The notes under the pieces were generated by a model, which was given only the letters and a program-made list of their open reading frames with translations, was not told the DNA's origin and did not search any database. The position numbers and the translations under genes are program-made. Below are positions 31,846-42,088 of a DNA stretch of 64,000 nucleotides, piece by piece. The stretch covers positions 160,001 through 224,000 of the forward strand of contig CAVQUB010000015.1 of the NCBI GenBank assembly GCA_963716725.1, in the 5' to 3' direction. The stretch comes from an uncultured delta proteobacterium (GTDB lineage Bacteria > Myxococcota_A > Polyangia > Polyangiales > Polyangiaceae). Each line of letters begins with the position of its first letter. Within the stretch, counting starts at the first letter, position 1.

Positions 31846-32379
31846 TCACTGCACCGGCAGAAACACGCGTCTTTCGTTGAGCGGGGCGAAGCCGACGAGC
31901 TGTTCGTCTTGGAGGCGGAATCGCGAACTTCCCCCGGCGAGCTGGATCTCGCGCTCGGGATAGTCCGCCGGCATGCAGGTCCTGGCCATGATCATCGACG
32001 GCCGGTGGACCTCGAGGGCGGGTTCGCCGCTCTTGCGACCGAAGCGCACCCTGACCTTGACGAGCCCCCGGGCGCGGCACTCGTAGACCGAGCCGTTCTT
32101 CATCTCGAAGCGCTCCTTGAGCTCGATCTTTTCATCCGCCGTCGGCTGTCCCTCGCGCAGCGTGAGCGTCGTGCGCTGCTTCAAGTCGAAGACCGCAACC
32201 TTCTGCTTTGGGCCGCGGGTCCCGTGCTCCTCTTCGAGGGCCTGCCAGACCGGGGCGACGGCCAAGATTTCGCCCTCCGCCGTGAGCTTCTTGGGTGGGG
32301 CTTCGGCGGCGCGTTGTCGCGGCCGGCAGTCGAGCAGGGTGAGGGCGAGCAGCAGCGCGAGCTCAATCCGTGGTCGCAT
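31846..32379 (-). CDS. Hypothetical exported protein or lipoprotein
   Basis: Hydrophobic signal ending LLDC; protein-like composition; same-strand run of genes. Confidence 0.6.
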   Translation of the reverse strand: MRPRIELALLLALTLLDCRPRQRAAEAPPKKLTAEGEILAVAPVWQALEEEHGTRGPKQKVAVFDLKQRTTLTLREGQPTADEKIELKERFEMKNGSVYECRARGLVKVRVRFGRKSGEPALEVHRPSMIMARTCMPADYPEREIQLAGGSSRFRLQDEQLVGFAPLNERRVFLPVQ

Positions 32380-32860
32380 CAGGGCTCGTCGTGGCGTCGA
32401 CCTCGACGTCGGGCGATGCGTCGGGGACCTCCACCGGTTTGGATAGGAAGTCGCACTCTTCGGCGCCCTCCGGCTCCTGCACGATGTCGCAACTCGTCGC
32501 GTGCAGGGTCTTCTGGGAGGGTAGGGGAAGTCCTTGCGTCACGCATTCCGCCAGGGTCTTGGCGCCGGCCTTGGCGCACTCGCCCGCGGCTCGGATCGTG
32601 GCGACGCACTCCTTGATGCGCAGCGCCCCGGGACGCTCGCCCGCGGCCATGCCGTGCAGGCATTGATCGCGGTAGAAGCGCTTGCATTGCTCCACGTCGT
32701 CCACGAAGCCACAGAACTTCCCGGCCTCGCAGCGCGCGTTCTCGATGTCCCGGCACTCGTCCACCGCAATCGCGTCTGTGCCGCAGCCCGAGGCGTGGAC
32801 CACGAGAAACGCGGTGAGGGCCGAGGCGGCGCCGGCCGTGAGGGCTCGAAGCGGGATCAT
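32363..32860 (-). CDS. Cys-rich hypothetical lipoprotein
   Basis: Signal ending ASGC and many cysteines. The start could be 32860 or 32878. Confidence 0.6.
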   Translation of the reverse strand: MIPLRALTAGAASALTAFLVVHASGCGTDAIAVDECRDIENARCEAGKFCGFVDDVEQCKRFYRDQCLHGMAAGERPGALRIKECVATIRAAGECAKAGAKTLAECVTQGLPLPSQKTLHATSCDIVQEPEGAEECDFLSKPVEVPDASPDVEVDATTSPDATTD

Positions 32861-32939
32861 CGTCCGTGGCGCTATCATGCATGTCGCGACCCTGGCGAGT
32901 TTCTGGCCGAGGGCGCCGCTCCCGGGCAAGCTCGGGACC

Positions 32940-33830
32940 ATGGCGCCTCGTGCGATGGTGCTCGGTGCGGGTCTCGGGACTCGCCTGAGACCGCTCACCT
33001 TTGAGCTTCCGAAGCCTCTGGTCCCTATCGGTGATCGCCCGCTGCTCGGGCACATCGCTCGGCGCCTGGCTCGCGCGGGCTTCGACGAGCTGGTGGTCAA
33101 TACGCACCACCTGCCCACGGCTTTCTCGAGTCTCGACCAGACCTTGGGCGTGAGACTTCACCGAGTCCACGAGCCGGTGATCCGCGGCACTGCGGGCGGC
33201 GTCGCGGGCGCGAGAGCGTTGCTCGGTGCGCCGCCCATCGTGCTGTGGAACGGGGACATCCTCGTCGACCCGCCGCTGGCCGAGATGCTCGCGCTGGCGG
33301 CGGGCGGGGGATTGGTGTTGGCGATCCAGCCCCGCCCCGCGGGACAAGGCACGGTGGGCGTCGATGGCGCAGGCTCCGTCGTGCGGCTCCGCGGTGAAGG
33401 CTTCGGCGAGGAGGTTCGAGGAGGCGACTATGTCGGCGTGGCGGCCCTCGGCGCCCGCTGCCTCGCGACGCTGCCCGAGGTCGGGTGTCTGGTCGGGGAC
33501 TGGGCGCTGCCGGAGCTCCGGAGCGGCGGCGCCGTCCACACGGTCGAGGTCCAAGGTGGCTTCGACGACGCCGGGGATCCCGCAGCGTATCTGCGGCTCA
33601 ACTTGACCTGGCTGCGGGCGACTGCGGCGCCTGCGTTCCTGGGTGAGGGCGCCGTGGTGGGCGCCGGAGTCGAGCTGGACGAGGCCGTGATCGGCGCCGG
33701 GGCCAGGGTCGAGGGGCGGGGAGTCGTCCGCCGGGTGGTCGCCTGGCCTGGCAGCGTGGTGCGAGCGCCGCTCTCCGACGCCATCGTCACGACGGCGGGG
33801 CGCGTCGTGCAGAATCCGTCAGTCGACGTA
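32940..33830 (+). CDS. NDP-sugar pyrophosphorylase / MurU-like nucleotidyltransferase; 3' end uncertain
   Basis: AMVLGAGLGTRLRPLT..PKPLVPIG, VVNTHHL, GTAGGV, NGD and hexapeptide-like repeats. Recognisable sequence ends near 33815, but the frame reads on to 34985 antisense to the next gene, so a lost stop or indel is possible. Confidence 0.75.
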
Positions 33831-35141
33831 GAGTTCGATGGTGCGAGGGCCGCCGCCGATCACGCCGACGTGCCCCGTGGGCATCCAGAGGGCAGTGGCT
33901 CCGCTCCGGGGCTCACGCAGCGGAACCGCGACGCTTGCGCCGGCTTGCCAGCGAATCACTCCGGTCGTGCCGCTGGCGTCGTCGCCGACGACGAGCGTGC
34001 CGCCGCCTGGGAGGGCGAATGCGGCGGCGGGGCTCAGCGGCACGACCTCGCCGGCGTTGGTCGGGGAGCAGCTCGCCGCGCAGCCCAGCGACAGCTCGAC
34101 GGTCGGAGCGGGATCGCTGCCGACGCGGCCGCCGACTCGCAAGATGCGGGTGCTGTCCAACGCGACCACGGCAGCTCCGCGGCTCTCGTCCGGGGCCTGG
34201 GGCAGGGGCACGAAGGCCTTCGAACCGTCGGCCAGCAGCTCGGCGCCGGCCACCGTCGTGTCACCGCCGCCGAGCACGAGGAGCCCCCGGCCTTCGATCC
34301 AGGTGGCCGCCGCGCCCTGACGTGCCGTGGTCAGCGCGAGGTGCGACAGCGTCCCGTCCGCCGCGATGGCCAGCACGCTCGCGCTGGGCGAATCCAGCCG
34401 AGTTCCGCCCACCACGTACACGGCCCCGTCGGGCGCCTCGACCGCCGCGCCCCCGGCCACGAGCGCGAAGCTCGTGAGACCCTGGGGTTCGTCGATGGGG
34501 CTCGAGTCGCCGACGATGGGATCGAACCAGAAGCCCCAGCCATCGCCCAGCGCCAACACCAACGAGCCCTGCGAAACCGCGAGTGTTCGTGGTTCGCAGC
34601 TGGCTCTGCCGCAGTCCAGGGCCGGCGGCGGCGCGATCGGGCGCCATGCCGCGAAATCGTAGCCATCGAGCACGAGCCCCGTTGGGGCCCCCCGGGCCAC
34701 CAGCAGGTGGCGCGTCGCGATGGTCGTCGCGACCGGCCATTTGCCGAGATCGGTCGAGAGCTCGCCGGGAGGTCGCCCCAGCTCACCGCTGCGCGACACG
34801 AAGAGCGGCAGGGAGCTCCCGGCGAGTCCCGCCGGATCGACCAGGAGCGAGCGCGCACGCAGCCGCGGCAGATCGGCGGCGTCGAAGCCCGTCAGCACGA
34901 ATCGACCCGCCGCGCCCTCCCCGAGCCCGAAGCTGCTGACCGGGAGCGCGAGCTCACCCAGGGCGGTCAGGCCACCGCTTGCTGACTCTTTTTCCAGCGT
35001 TGCGCGCACGGCAGCCGGACTCAGCGTCCACGGATCCGGCTCGTGCCCGCTGGTCAGCCGCATGCGACCCGGCTCGACCAGCTCTTCGCCGCAGCCCAAC
35101 AGGAGCCAGCCCAGCGCGATCAGAACTCCGCGAGTGCGCAC
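33819..35141 (-). CDS. Kelch/beta-propeller-like lipoprotein
   Basis: Lipobox LLGC; repeated R.GA.A and V.VVGG blade motifs. Confidence 0.7.
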   Translation of the reverse strand: MRTRGVLIALGWLLLGCGEELVEPGRMRLTSGHEPDPWTLSPAAVRATLEKESASGGLTALGELALPVSSFGLGEGAAGRFVLTGFDAADLPRLRARSLLVDPAGLAGSSLPLFVSRSGELGRPPGELSTDLGKWPVATTIATRHLLVARGAPTGLVLDGYDFAAWRPIAPPPALDCGRASCEPRTLAVSQGSLVLALGDGWGFWFDPIVGDSSPIDEPQGLTSFALVAGGAAVEAPDGAVYVVGGTRLDSPSASVLAIAADGTLSHLALTTARQGAAATWIEGRGLLVLGGGDTTVAGAELLADGSKAFVPLPQAPDESRGAAVVALDSTRILRVGGRVGSDPAPTVELSLGCAASCSPTNAGEVVPLSPAAAFALPGGGTLVVGDDASGTTGVIRWQAGASVAVPLREPRSGATALWMPTGHVGVIGGGPRTIELYVD

Positions 35142-35190
35142 GGGCGCAGGCGTACTCCGAATCGGCCCCCGGTGCCCGGCAAATGATCGT

Positions 35191-36447
35191 ATGAGCCAGG
35201 CCGTGCTCGTCGCGACGGTCGTCGATGTTCCGCCCGACCCGCTCGCGCTTGCCCGGAAGCTCTCCGAGCGATCTGGATGGTCTCTGCTGCTCGGCCGCGA
35301 GCGCTCCTATCTGGCCGTCGATCCCGTGGCCAGCTCCTCCGATCTCGATCCCGAGCCCGGGCTCGAGTCCGCCGCGGCTGCGCGCGATCTCTCGTCGGCA
35401 CCCCGCTGGATCGGGCTCTTGCCCTACGAAGCGCGTCGCGATCTCGAGCGCACGAAGGGCGAAGATCGGCGCGAACGTCCTCAGATCTCGAGGGCGCGGT
35501 GGCAGCGCTATCGAGAGGTCGTCGAGATCACGGATCGTGTGCGGATCATCGGCGATGACCGCGGCAGGATCGGCGCGCTGGCCCGGGATCTCCGGGGTCC
35601 TTTCGGGCCCTTGCCCGCCGCCCGCCTGCGCGAGATGGGCGAGACGGAGCCGGACTCGGTACACCACGAACGCGTGCGGCGAGCCCTCGAGTACATCGCC
35701 AAGGGCGACGTGTATGTCGTGAACGTTGCTCGCAGATTCTGCTTCGAAGCTCGGGGTCACCCGCTGGCGCTGCTCGGGCACCTCGGCCGGCATGCGCGGG
35801 CTGAGTTCGGCTTCGCGATGGCATGGGGTGAGCTGGGTGTGGCGGGGCAGTCGCCGGAACTGTTCCTGAGATCGCACGCCGACGGGCGGCTGGAGACCTG
35901 GCCCATCAAGGGCACCCGGCCGCGCGGGCGCGACGCGCGCGAAGACGCCGCGCTCGCCCGGGAGCTGGACCAAGACCCCAAAGAAATCGCCGAGCTTGCC
36001 ATGGTCGTGGACGTCGAACGTAACGATCTTGGGCGAGTCGCCACCACCGGCAGCGTCCGCGTCCTGGATCCCGGCTCGGTGACCACGCACGCGAGCGTGC
36101 ACCATCGAGCCGCCCGAATCGGAGCGCGACTGCGCCCGGGCACGACCCGAAGCGAGCTCCTCGCCGCGACACTTCCGAGTGGCTCGGTCACCGGAGCGCC
36201 CAAGGTGCGCGCCATGGAAATCATCCGAGAGCTCGAGGCTCATCGCCGCGGGCTCTACACCGGCGCTGTCGGCCTCTTGCGTCACGACGGCACGCTCCAG
36301 CTCGCAATGGCCATCCGCACCCTGGGGGTGGTCGGTGGCGAGGCCCACTACTTTGCGGGCGGAGGCATCGTCGCGGACAGCGATCCGGCCCGAGAAACCC
36401 AAGAGACCCGCTGGAAAGCGCTGGGTTTGCTCGGCTCGGCCAGCTGA
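35191..36447 (+). CDS. Chorismate-binding enzyme (PabB / anthranilate synthase component I family)
   Basis: GDVYVVN, SPELFL, PIKGTRPRG, KEIAELAMVVDVERNDLGRV, PSGSVTGAPKVRAM and GGGIVADS. Confidence 0.9.
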   Translation: MSQAVLVATVVDVPPDPLALARKLSERSGWSLLLGRERSYLAVDPVASSSDLDPEPGLESAAAARDLSSAPRWIGLLPYEARRDLERTKGEDRRERPQISRARWQRYREVVEITDRVRIIGDDRGRIGALARDLRGPFGPLPAARLREMGETEPDSVHHERVRRALEYIAKGDVYVVNVARRFCFEARGHPLALLGHLGRHARAEFGFAMAWGELGVAGQSPELFLRSHADGRLETWPIKGTRPRGRDAREDAALARELDQDPKEIAELAMVVDVERNDLGRVATTGSVRVLDPGSVTTHASVHHRAARIGARLRPGTTRSELLAATLPSGSVTGAPKVRAMEIIRELEAHRRGLYTGAVGLLRHDGTLQLAMAIRTLGVVGGEAHYFAGGGIVADSDPARETQETRWKALGLLGSAS

Positions 36448-36514
36448 AGCCCCCGGGAACTTCGCAGAAAACTGGGCACTTTTCCCGGGAGTCGGTAGCC
36501 AGGGAGGGGAGCCC

Positions 36515-37360
36515 ATGGAATCGGTGAACGTCAGGAACCTCGAGCAGATCCAGGAAGAAGATCCCAAACGGCGATCGTCGCGACTCGCGGTGATATTGCT
36601 GTCTTCCGTCGGTGGTGCCGCGATCGTGATGGCGGCGGTGATGAGCGCGAAGCGCAGCGGGCCGCCCGCGACCTCGAGCGACGATCCGCTGACGGCGCTC
36701 GTCGCCCAGGCCAAGTCGTCCGCCAACGTGCCCGCCGAGAAGCTGGATGGAACCAACGTCACTTTTCCGGAGCTCCTGAGCGATCAAGGAAAGGCCACGA
36801 CGGCGCTCGCGGCGGTCAAGGACGAACGCGGCAACCTCTTGCGTCAGTCCGAAGAGCTGGCGCTGCCGCCCGGAGCCCCCACCTTTCCTCCTCCCGCGAC
36901 GGACCGTCTGCCGGTGGTCCCGCTGCCGGCCGGCTCGCTCTTGGCGCAGACCACCGTCACCAGCCAGCCGAAGGACCAGCTCACGCAACTCGCCGCGAGT
37001 GCCAGCAAGGTGGGCGACGATGTCAACGCGGCCCCACCGGGCGCCGAGGGCGGCTACCAGATCCAGGTCGCGAGCTTCCGCATCGCAACCGAGGCCGACA
37101 CCTTCGCCGCGGATCTTCGCAAGCGCGGGCATCGCGCCTACCGCCAAGCAGCCTACGTCGCCGATCGGGGGCTCTGGCATCGCGTGCGCATTGGTCCCTT
37201 CAAGACCAAGTTCGAGGCCATCAAGTACCGCGAGAAGTTCGAGAAGACCGAGCGCGTCTCGCCCTTCGTGGTGGACCCCGACAAAGTGCGACTGGCCGAG
37301 GAAATCAAGGCCCACAAGATCGCCATTCGGAACAAAAGGAAAGCGCGCGCCGCCGATTGA
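36515..37360 (+). CDS. SPOR-domain bitopic membrane protein
   Basis: GGAGG RBS, one TM and a C-terminal YQIQVASF..WHRVRIGPF. Confidence 0.85.
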   Translation: MESVNVRNLEQIQEEDPKRRSSRLAVILLSSVGGAAIVMAAVMSAKRSGPPATSSDDPLTALVAQAKSSANVPAEKLDGTNVTFPELLSDQGKATTALAAVKDERGNLLRQSEELALPPGAPTFPPPATDRLPVVPLPAGSLLAQTTVTSQPKDQLTQLAASASKVGDDVNAAPPGAEGGYQIQVASFRIATEADTFAADLRKRGHRAYRQAAYVADRGLWHRVRIGPFKTKFEAIKYREKFEKTERVSPFVVDPDKVRLAEEIKAHKIAIRNKRKARAAD

Positions 37361-37417
37361 CGCCCAGCGCGCGCCCCTCGGGTTGACGCTCGGGAGTGGC
37401 CGATGAAGGACGGTCGC

Positions 37418-37858
37418 ATGACCGACCTGGTACGCTTCGGAGTCGCGATGGAGCAGAAGCTGCTCGACGAGTTCGACGCGCTGGTCGCCACCAAAGGCTA
37501 CGCAAACCGCTCCGAAGCACTTCGGGACCTGGTCCGGCGTGAGCTCGACCAGGCGGCCTGGCGCTCGGGCAAGCCCGCCGTGGCCACCATCACGCTGATC
37601 TACGATCACCACGTGCGCGAGCTCACCGAGAAGCTCACCGAGATCCAGCACGACTTCGGCGACCGGATCGTCTCGGCGTTGCACGTGCACCTCGACCACG
37701 ATCACTGTCTCGAGGTCATCGCGGCACGAGGTCCCGCCCGGGAGCTGGAGGCGCTGGCCGACCGCCTCACCAACACCCGGGGCGTGACCAGCGGTGGGGT
37801 GGTGGCCGCCGCGTTGCCCGCGTCAACGGCCAAGCGCCGACACAAACACGGCCACTGA
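37418..37858 (+). CDS. nikR: Nickel-responsive regulator NikR
   Basis: RFGVAM..GYANRSEALRDL (RHH), YDHH and HVHLDHDHCLEV. Confidence 0.92.
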   Translation: MTDLVRFGVAMEQKLLDEFDALVATKGYANRSEALRDLVRRELDQAAWRSGKPAVATITLIYDHHVRELTEKLTEIQHDFGDRIVSALHVHLDHDHCLEVIAARGPARELEALADRLTNTRGVTSGGVVAAALPASTAKRRHKHGH

Positions 37859-38980
37859 CTACTTGCCCTTCTGCTTTCGTTCCAGCTGCTGGCGCGCGGC
37901 CTGCTGCACCGAGCTGGGCACGTTCTTGCTCTTGGCCAGATCGCGTAGGTCGTTGTCGCGCAGGAGCGGGACGATCCGAGCGGAGAAGCTGAAGGGGCAG
38001 CGCGGGTTGCGCGTGAGGCTGAGCTTTACCTGGTAGTTCCGGGTGAACTCGCGGTTTCTGGCGATTTCTCGCAACACCTCCTCGCCGACGTTGCGGCTCG
38101 AAGCGATCATCACGGCCTCGTTCTCGCGCATCGCCGGGCTCTTCACGGCCGCGACCGAGACCAGCCGGTTGGTGTCACGGACCAGGAGCAAACGCTCGGC
38201 CGCCGTGCCGACCTGCGCCCGCCGGATCTTCTGCGACACGGTCATCTGCGCGATCTGCGCGTAGAGCGGCAAGAATCTGTCCTTGAGCTGCTCTTCCCCT
38301 TCGTCGTCGACGGCGTGCGTGTCGTCCGCTTCGCTCTCGATGTCGCTGGCCTGGGCGAGCTGGTCGGTCTCGACGAACAACACGTCGTCCGGACTCGGCT
38401 CCTCGCTGGCCTCGGCGATCAGCTCGTTCTTGATGGCAGCGGCGGCTTCTTTGAAAGCCGCCAGGTTGAGCTCGAGGCCGTTGCGCACGGCGAGCTCGAG
38501 CAAGCGATCCGCCGTCGACATGCGGACGTGCTTGTTCATGTACAGCTTCTCGATCACCGTCGGGTTCGCGAGCAGCAGTTCTTCGTTCGTGGCGATGATC
38601 TCGCCGATGCGTTCGTCGGCGCGGGCGGAGAGGATCTCCAGTGCCGCGACGCCCATGCGCGGCATGCGCATGAGGCTCTCGACGACCTTGGCGTCGGTCG
38701 CGTACCACTCGGCGAGTTGCTCGATGACCGGGGCTTGAAGATCGGCGCTGAGAGCGCCCGTCAGGATGGGCGGCGGCAGCTTGCTCAGGGTCTGGCGCGC
38801 CGCCTCGGCGACCGCGGGGTCGGCGGCGGTGGTGAGAGCGGCGACGACGGTGACGAGGTCGCCCGGCTTGAGGCCCGGCACGACGCCCTTGGCCGCCATC
38901 AGGCGGAGCGGACCAGGGGCGCCCGCGCTCAGGATCTTCTGGGCGGGACCTGGAAGCTGCGTGAGATCGAGGCCGAGCAT
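37859..38980 (-). CDS. Hypothetical alpha-helical protein (HEAT/LRV-like)
   Basis: 373-aa ORF with MTVSQKIRRA..ERLLLVRDTN..LTRNPRCP and an acidic linker. Confidence 0.7.
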   Translation of the reverse strand: MLGLDLTQLPGPAQKILSAGAPGPLRLMAAKGVVPGLKPGDLVTVVAALTTAADPAVAEAARQTLSKLPPPILTGALSADLQAPVIEQLAEWYATDAKVVESLMRMPRMGVAALEILSARADERIGEIIATNEELLLANPTVIEKLYMNKHVRMSTADRLLELAVRNGLELNLAAFKEAAAAIKNELIAEASEEPSPDDVLFVETDQLAQASDIESEADDTHAVDDEGEEQLKDRFLPLYAQIAQMTVSQKIRRAQVGTAAERLLLVRDTNRLVSVAAVKSPAMRENEAVMIASSRNVGEEVLREIARNREFTRNYQVKLSLTRNPRCPFSFSARIVPLLRDNDLRDLAKSKNVPSSVQQAARQQLERKQKGK

Positions 38981-39124
38981 GCTGGGGGCGCCAGCCTAGC
39001 CCCATGGCGCTCTGCGGCAAAGCCGGCGCGGCGGAGGGGCGTTGCCGGTTCGTCGGGCCGTGGCTATGTTCTGCCGTCGTTCGGGTGCGCCCAACAGCCG
39101 CACTCGAAGAAAGAGGAAACAGAA

Positions 39125-40474
39125 ATGGGAATCATGGACTTCGTCAAAGGCGGCGTGCGCGAAATGATGATCGCTCGCCCGGACGACAAGAAAGAGCTGG
39201 TCGTCTACAAGCACCCCGACCAGAACATCCCCTTCTGGAGCCAGCTCACCGTCGATTCCGACGAGGTGTGCCTCTTCTTCAAGGACGGCCAGTACGTCGG
39301 CGGGCTCGGCCCTGGGCGCCACACCCTGCAGACCCAGAACATCCCGTTCCTGAACAACATCATCAACAAGTTCACCGGCGGCGACGTGTTCATCGCCGAG
39401 GTGTTCTTCGTCACCTCGAAGGCCTTGTTCAACCAGGGTTTCGGCGGCCCCATCGGCTCGATGCGGGATCCTGAACTCGACATTCGAGTGAACCCGCGGG
39501 CCTTCGGCACCTACTCGTACAAGGTCAGCGATCCCGTCAAGTTCGTGCTCGAATTCATCGGACAGACCGGCACCGCGGACCCTGATCGCGCCATGCAGTG
39601 GGTCCGCGACCAGCTGATGATGGGCCTGAAGACCACGCTCACGCGCCTGATCAAGGGCGGCGACATGACCATGATGGACCTCGGCACCGCCGGGCCCGAC
39701 GTGGCGCGCGCCATCGTTCAAGACTGCCCCGATCTGGTGAAGATCGGCGTGCAGGTGCTCGAGATCGCCAAGCTGAACATCAACCTTTCGGATGAAGATC
39801 AGGCGCGAATCGACGAGTTCCAGGACCAGATCGTCCAGGCCAAGCTGGACGCGCGCAAGGCCAAGATCGGCGTCAGCCAAGCCGAAGCCATGGCGCAACA
39901 GAAGCAGTACGAACTCGACCAGGAGTTCGCCAACCGCGCTCGCTACGTCAACCAGCTCGACATGGGTCGCTACCAGCAATACGCGGGGGCCGAAGCCATG
40001 ATGGGACTCGGCCAAGGCATGGCCCAGGGTGGGGAAGGCGCGGGTGGCGCGGGCGCCATGGCCGGGATGCAAGCGGGCATGGGGCTCGGCGCCGGCATGA
40101 TGTACGGCCAGCGGATGCCGATGCCGCAGCAGGGCTACCCACCGCCGGGCTACGGTCCGCCGCCCGGCTATCCGCCGCAGCAGGGCGCGCCGCCGGGCTA
40201 CGGTCCGCCGCCCGGCTATCCGCCGCAGGGAGCGCCTCCCGGTTACGGTCCGCCGCCCGGCTATCCGCCCCAGGGAGCGCCTCCCGGCTACGGTCCGCCG
40301 CCCGGCTATCCGCCGCAGGGAGCGCCTCCCGGCTACGGTCCGCCTCCTGCCGGTGCAGCGCCAGGTGCTCCGCCCGCCGCGCCGGCGGGGCCGGTGTGCG
40401 CCAAGTGCGGCGCTGGAAACGCACCGAACGCCAAGTTCTGCGCCGAGTGCGGCACTGGGATCGCAGCGGTCTGA
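39125..40474 (+). CDS. SPFH/band-7 (YdjI-like) domain protein with PGY-rich repeats and a C-terminal zinc ribbon
   Basis: GAGG RBS; SQLTV..LGPGRHTL..AEVFFV..RAFGTYSYKV; CAKCG..AKFCAECG. Confidence 0.88.
   Translation: MGIMDFVKGGVREMMIARPDDKKELVVYKHPDQNIPFWSQLTVDSDEVCLFFKDGQYVGGLGPGRHTLQTQNIPFLNNIINKFTGGDVFIAEVFFVTSKALFNQGFGGPIGSMRDPELDIRVNPRAFGTYSYKVSDPVKFVLEFIGQTGTADPDRAMQWVRDQLMMGLKTTLTRLIKGGDMTMMDLGTAGPDVARAIVQDCPDLVKIGVQVLEIAKLNINLSDEDQARIDEFQDQIVQAKLDARKAKIGVSQAEAMAQQKQYELDQEFANRARYVNQLDMGRYQQYAGAEAMMGLGQGMAQGGEGAGGAGAMAGMQAGMGLGAGMMYGQRMPMPQQGYPPPGYGPPPGYPPQQGAPPGYGPPPGYPPQGAPPGYGPPPGYPPQGAPPGYGPPPGYPPQGAPPGYGPPPAGAAPGAPPAAPAGPVCAKCGAGNAPNAKFCAECGTGIAAV
40142..40348 (+). repeat. In-frame tandem repeat of about 45 bp, roughly 4.5 copies, encoding PPGYGPPPGYPPQGA
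   Basis: Visible in both the DNA and the translation. Confidence 0.9.
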
Positions 40475-40608
40475 GCATCGTCAGAGACTGAGTGCTGGTT
40501 TCGCGGTACGCTTCGAGCAGCGTGCCAGACGCGAGGACACTGCTGTACGGAAGTGGCGCGGGCGATGAGTCCGCGCCGCTTTCGGAGTTCACGGAGGGCG
40601 CATCGCCG

Positions 40609-42000
40609 ATGGGAAAGCGGTGCCGAACGTGCGGCCAGCAGTTCTCCGCCACCGACGCGCGCTTCTGTCCTTTCGACGGGGAGCCGCTGGAAGAGTCCGC
40701 GTGGGATCCCTCGACGGACGAGCTGCTCGGGATGGTCATCGACTCCCGGTACGAAGTGCTCTCGGTGCTCGGGGAAGGCGGCATGGGCATTGTCTACCGC
40801 GTTCGGCACAAGACCCTCGAGCGCCCGCTGGCGCTCAAGGCCCTGCGTCGCGACCTGGCCAAGGACGACGACCTCCCGATCCGCTTCATTCAGGAGGCCA
40901 AGGCAGCTGCCGCCGTCGAACACCCGAACGTGGTGCAGATCACCGACTTCGGCGCCTTGCCCACGGGGCAGCCCTACTTCGTGATGGAGCTGCTCGAGGG
41001 GGAGGGGCTGAGCAGCCTCATTCGCAACCAGGGCACGCTCGCGCCAACGCGGGCCATCGGCGTTTCGATCCAGGTGGCCGAGGCCTTGAGCGCGGCGCAC
41101 GCGGCGGGCGTCGTGCACCGCGACCTCAAGCCTGACAACGTCAACGTCCGCCGTGTGGGCCACCACGACATCGTCAAGGTGCTCGACTTTGGTCTGGCCA
41201 AACTTGCCGGCGCCAGCCGCCTGACCCGGGCGGGCATGGTGTTTGGCACGCCCCACTACATGAGCCCGGAGCAGGCTGCCGGCGAGCCCAGCGACCACCG
41301 AGTCGACATCTATGCGCTCGGGGTGATGCTGTTCGAGATGCTCACTGGGCGGCTTCCCTTCGAGGCCGAGAGCTTCACCGGCGTGCTGGCCATGCACATG
41401 TACATGGAGCCGCCGTCACCGAGCAGCATCGTCGGAGTACCGCTCGGCGGCGTCGAAGACATCGTCAAGAAGTGCATGGCGAAGAAGCCATCGGACCGTT
41501 ACGCAACGATGTTGGACCTGCTCTCGGATCTCGACCGCGCTGGTGCCCTGCTCAGCGTGCCGCCTGAGCCAAGCTCGCGGCGCCGCCTCGACGAGCCGAC
41601 CTCCGGCGAGATCTCGCTGGCGGTCGAGCCGACACCGAGGCGCTTCGGTGGCCGTGCGGCGGGGCTATTCGCCGTCGGCGTCGTCGGGGCGGTCGGCTTG
41701 CTCGCGGCCTCGCTGCTGCTCGGAGGTCGCGGCGGCGAGCCGGTCGCGCCAAGTCTGGCAGTGAGCGCCGCCCCCGCGGGGTTGGCTGCGCCCGCGGCAA
41801 CGCCTTCGGCCGAGCACGCCACCCCCGAGCCCGAACCCAGCGCCAGCGCCCTCCCGCCGGAGGACCGGCCGGCCCCGCAGACCCCGCGCCCGCAGCCCAA
41901 GCCTTCGGCGCCTTTGGGGGTCAAAAGCCCGTCTCCGGCAGTCAAGCTGAAACCCGGCCGGACAAAAGGCGGAGAAATCATCGATCCCTGGGGGCGCTGA
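40609..42000 (+). CDS. Hanks-type Ser/Thr protein kinase with N-terminal zinc ribbon and TM
   Basis: CRTC..FCPFDG, GEGGMG, ALK, HRDLKPDN, DFG and GTPHYMSPEQ. Confidence 0.95.
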   Translation: MGKRCRTCGQQFSATDARFCPFDGEPLEESAWDPSTDELLGMVIDSRYEVLSVLGEGGMGIVYRVRHKTLERPLALKALRRDLAKDDDLPIRFIQEAKAAAAVEHPNVVQITDFGALPTGQPYFVMELLEGEGLSSLIRNQGTLAPTRAIGVSIQVAEALSAAHAAGVVHRDLKPDNVNVRRVGHHDIVKVLDFGLAKLAGASRLTRAGMVFGTPHYMSPEQAAGEPSDHRVDIYALGVMLFEMLTGRLPFEAESFTGVLAMHMYMEPPSPSSIVGVPLGGVEDIVKKCMAKKPSDRYATMLDLLSDLDRAGALLSVPPEPSSRRRLDEPTSGEISLAVEPTPRRFGGRAAGLFAVGVVGAVGLLAASLLLGGRGGEPVAPSLAVSAAPAGLAAPAATPSAEHATPEPEPSASALPPEDRPAPQTPRPQPKPSAPLGVKSPSPAVKLKPGRTKGGEIIDPWGR

Positions 42001-42088
42001 GCCCTTCGGTCCGCGCGCTGGCGCGCGGCCGCTTCGCTCGCTATAAGCGTAGGCGAAGGGCGCCTGAGCACGAGGTCACAGCGGCCCA

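Noticed and set aside
33831..34985. Long C-terminal extension of the nucleotidyltransferase ORF as a real fusion
   Set aside because: The translation is Arg/Ala/Gly-rich antisense shadow of the Kelch-like lipoprotein. A lost stop or indel is more likely.
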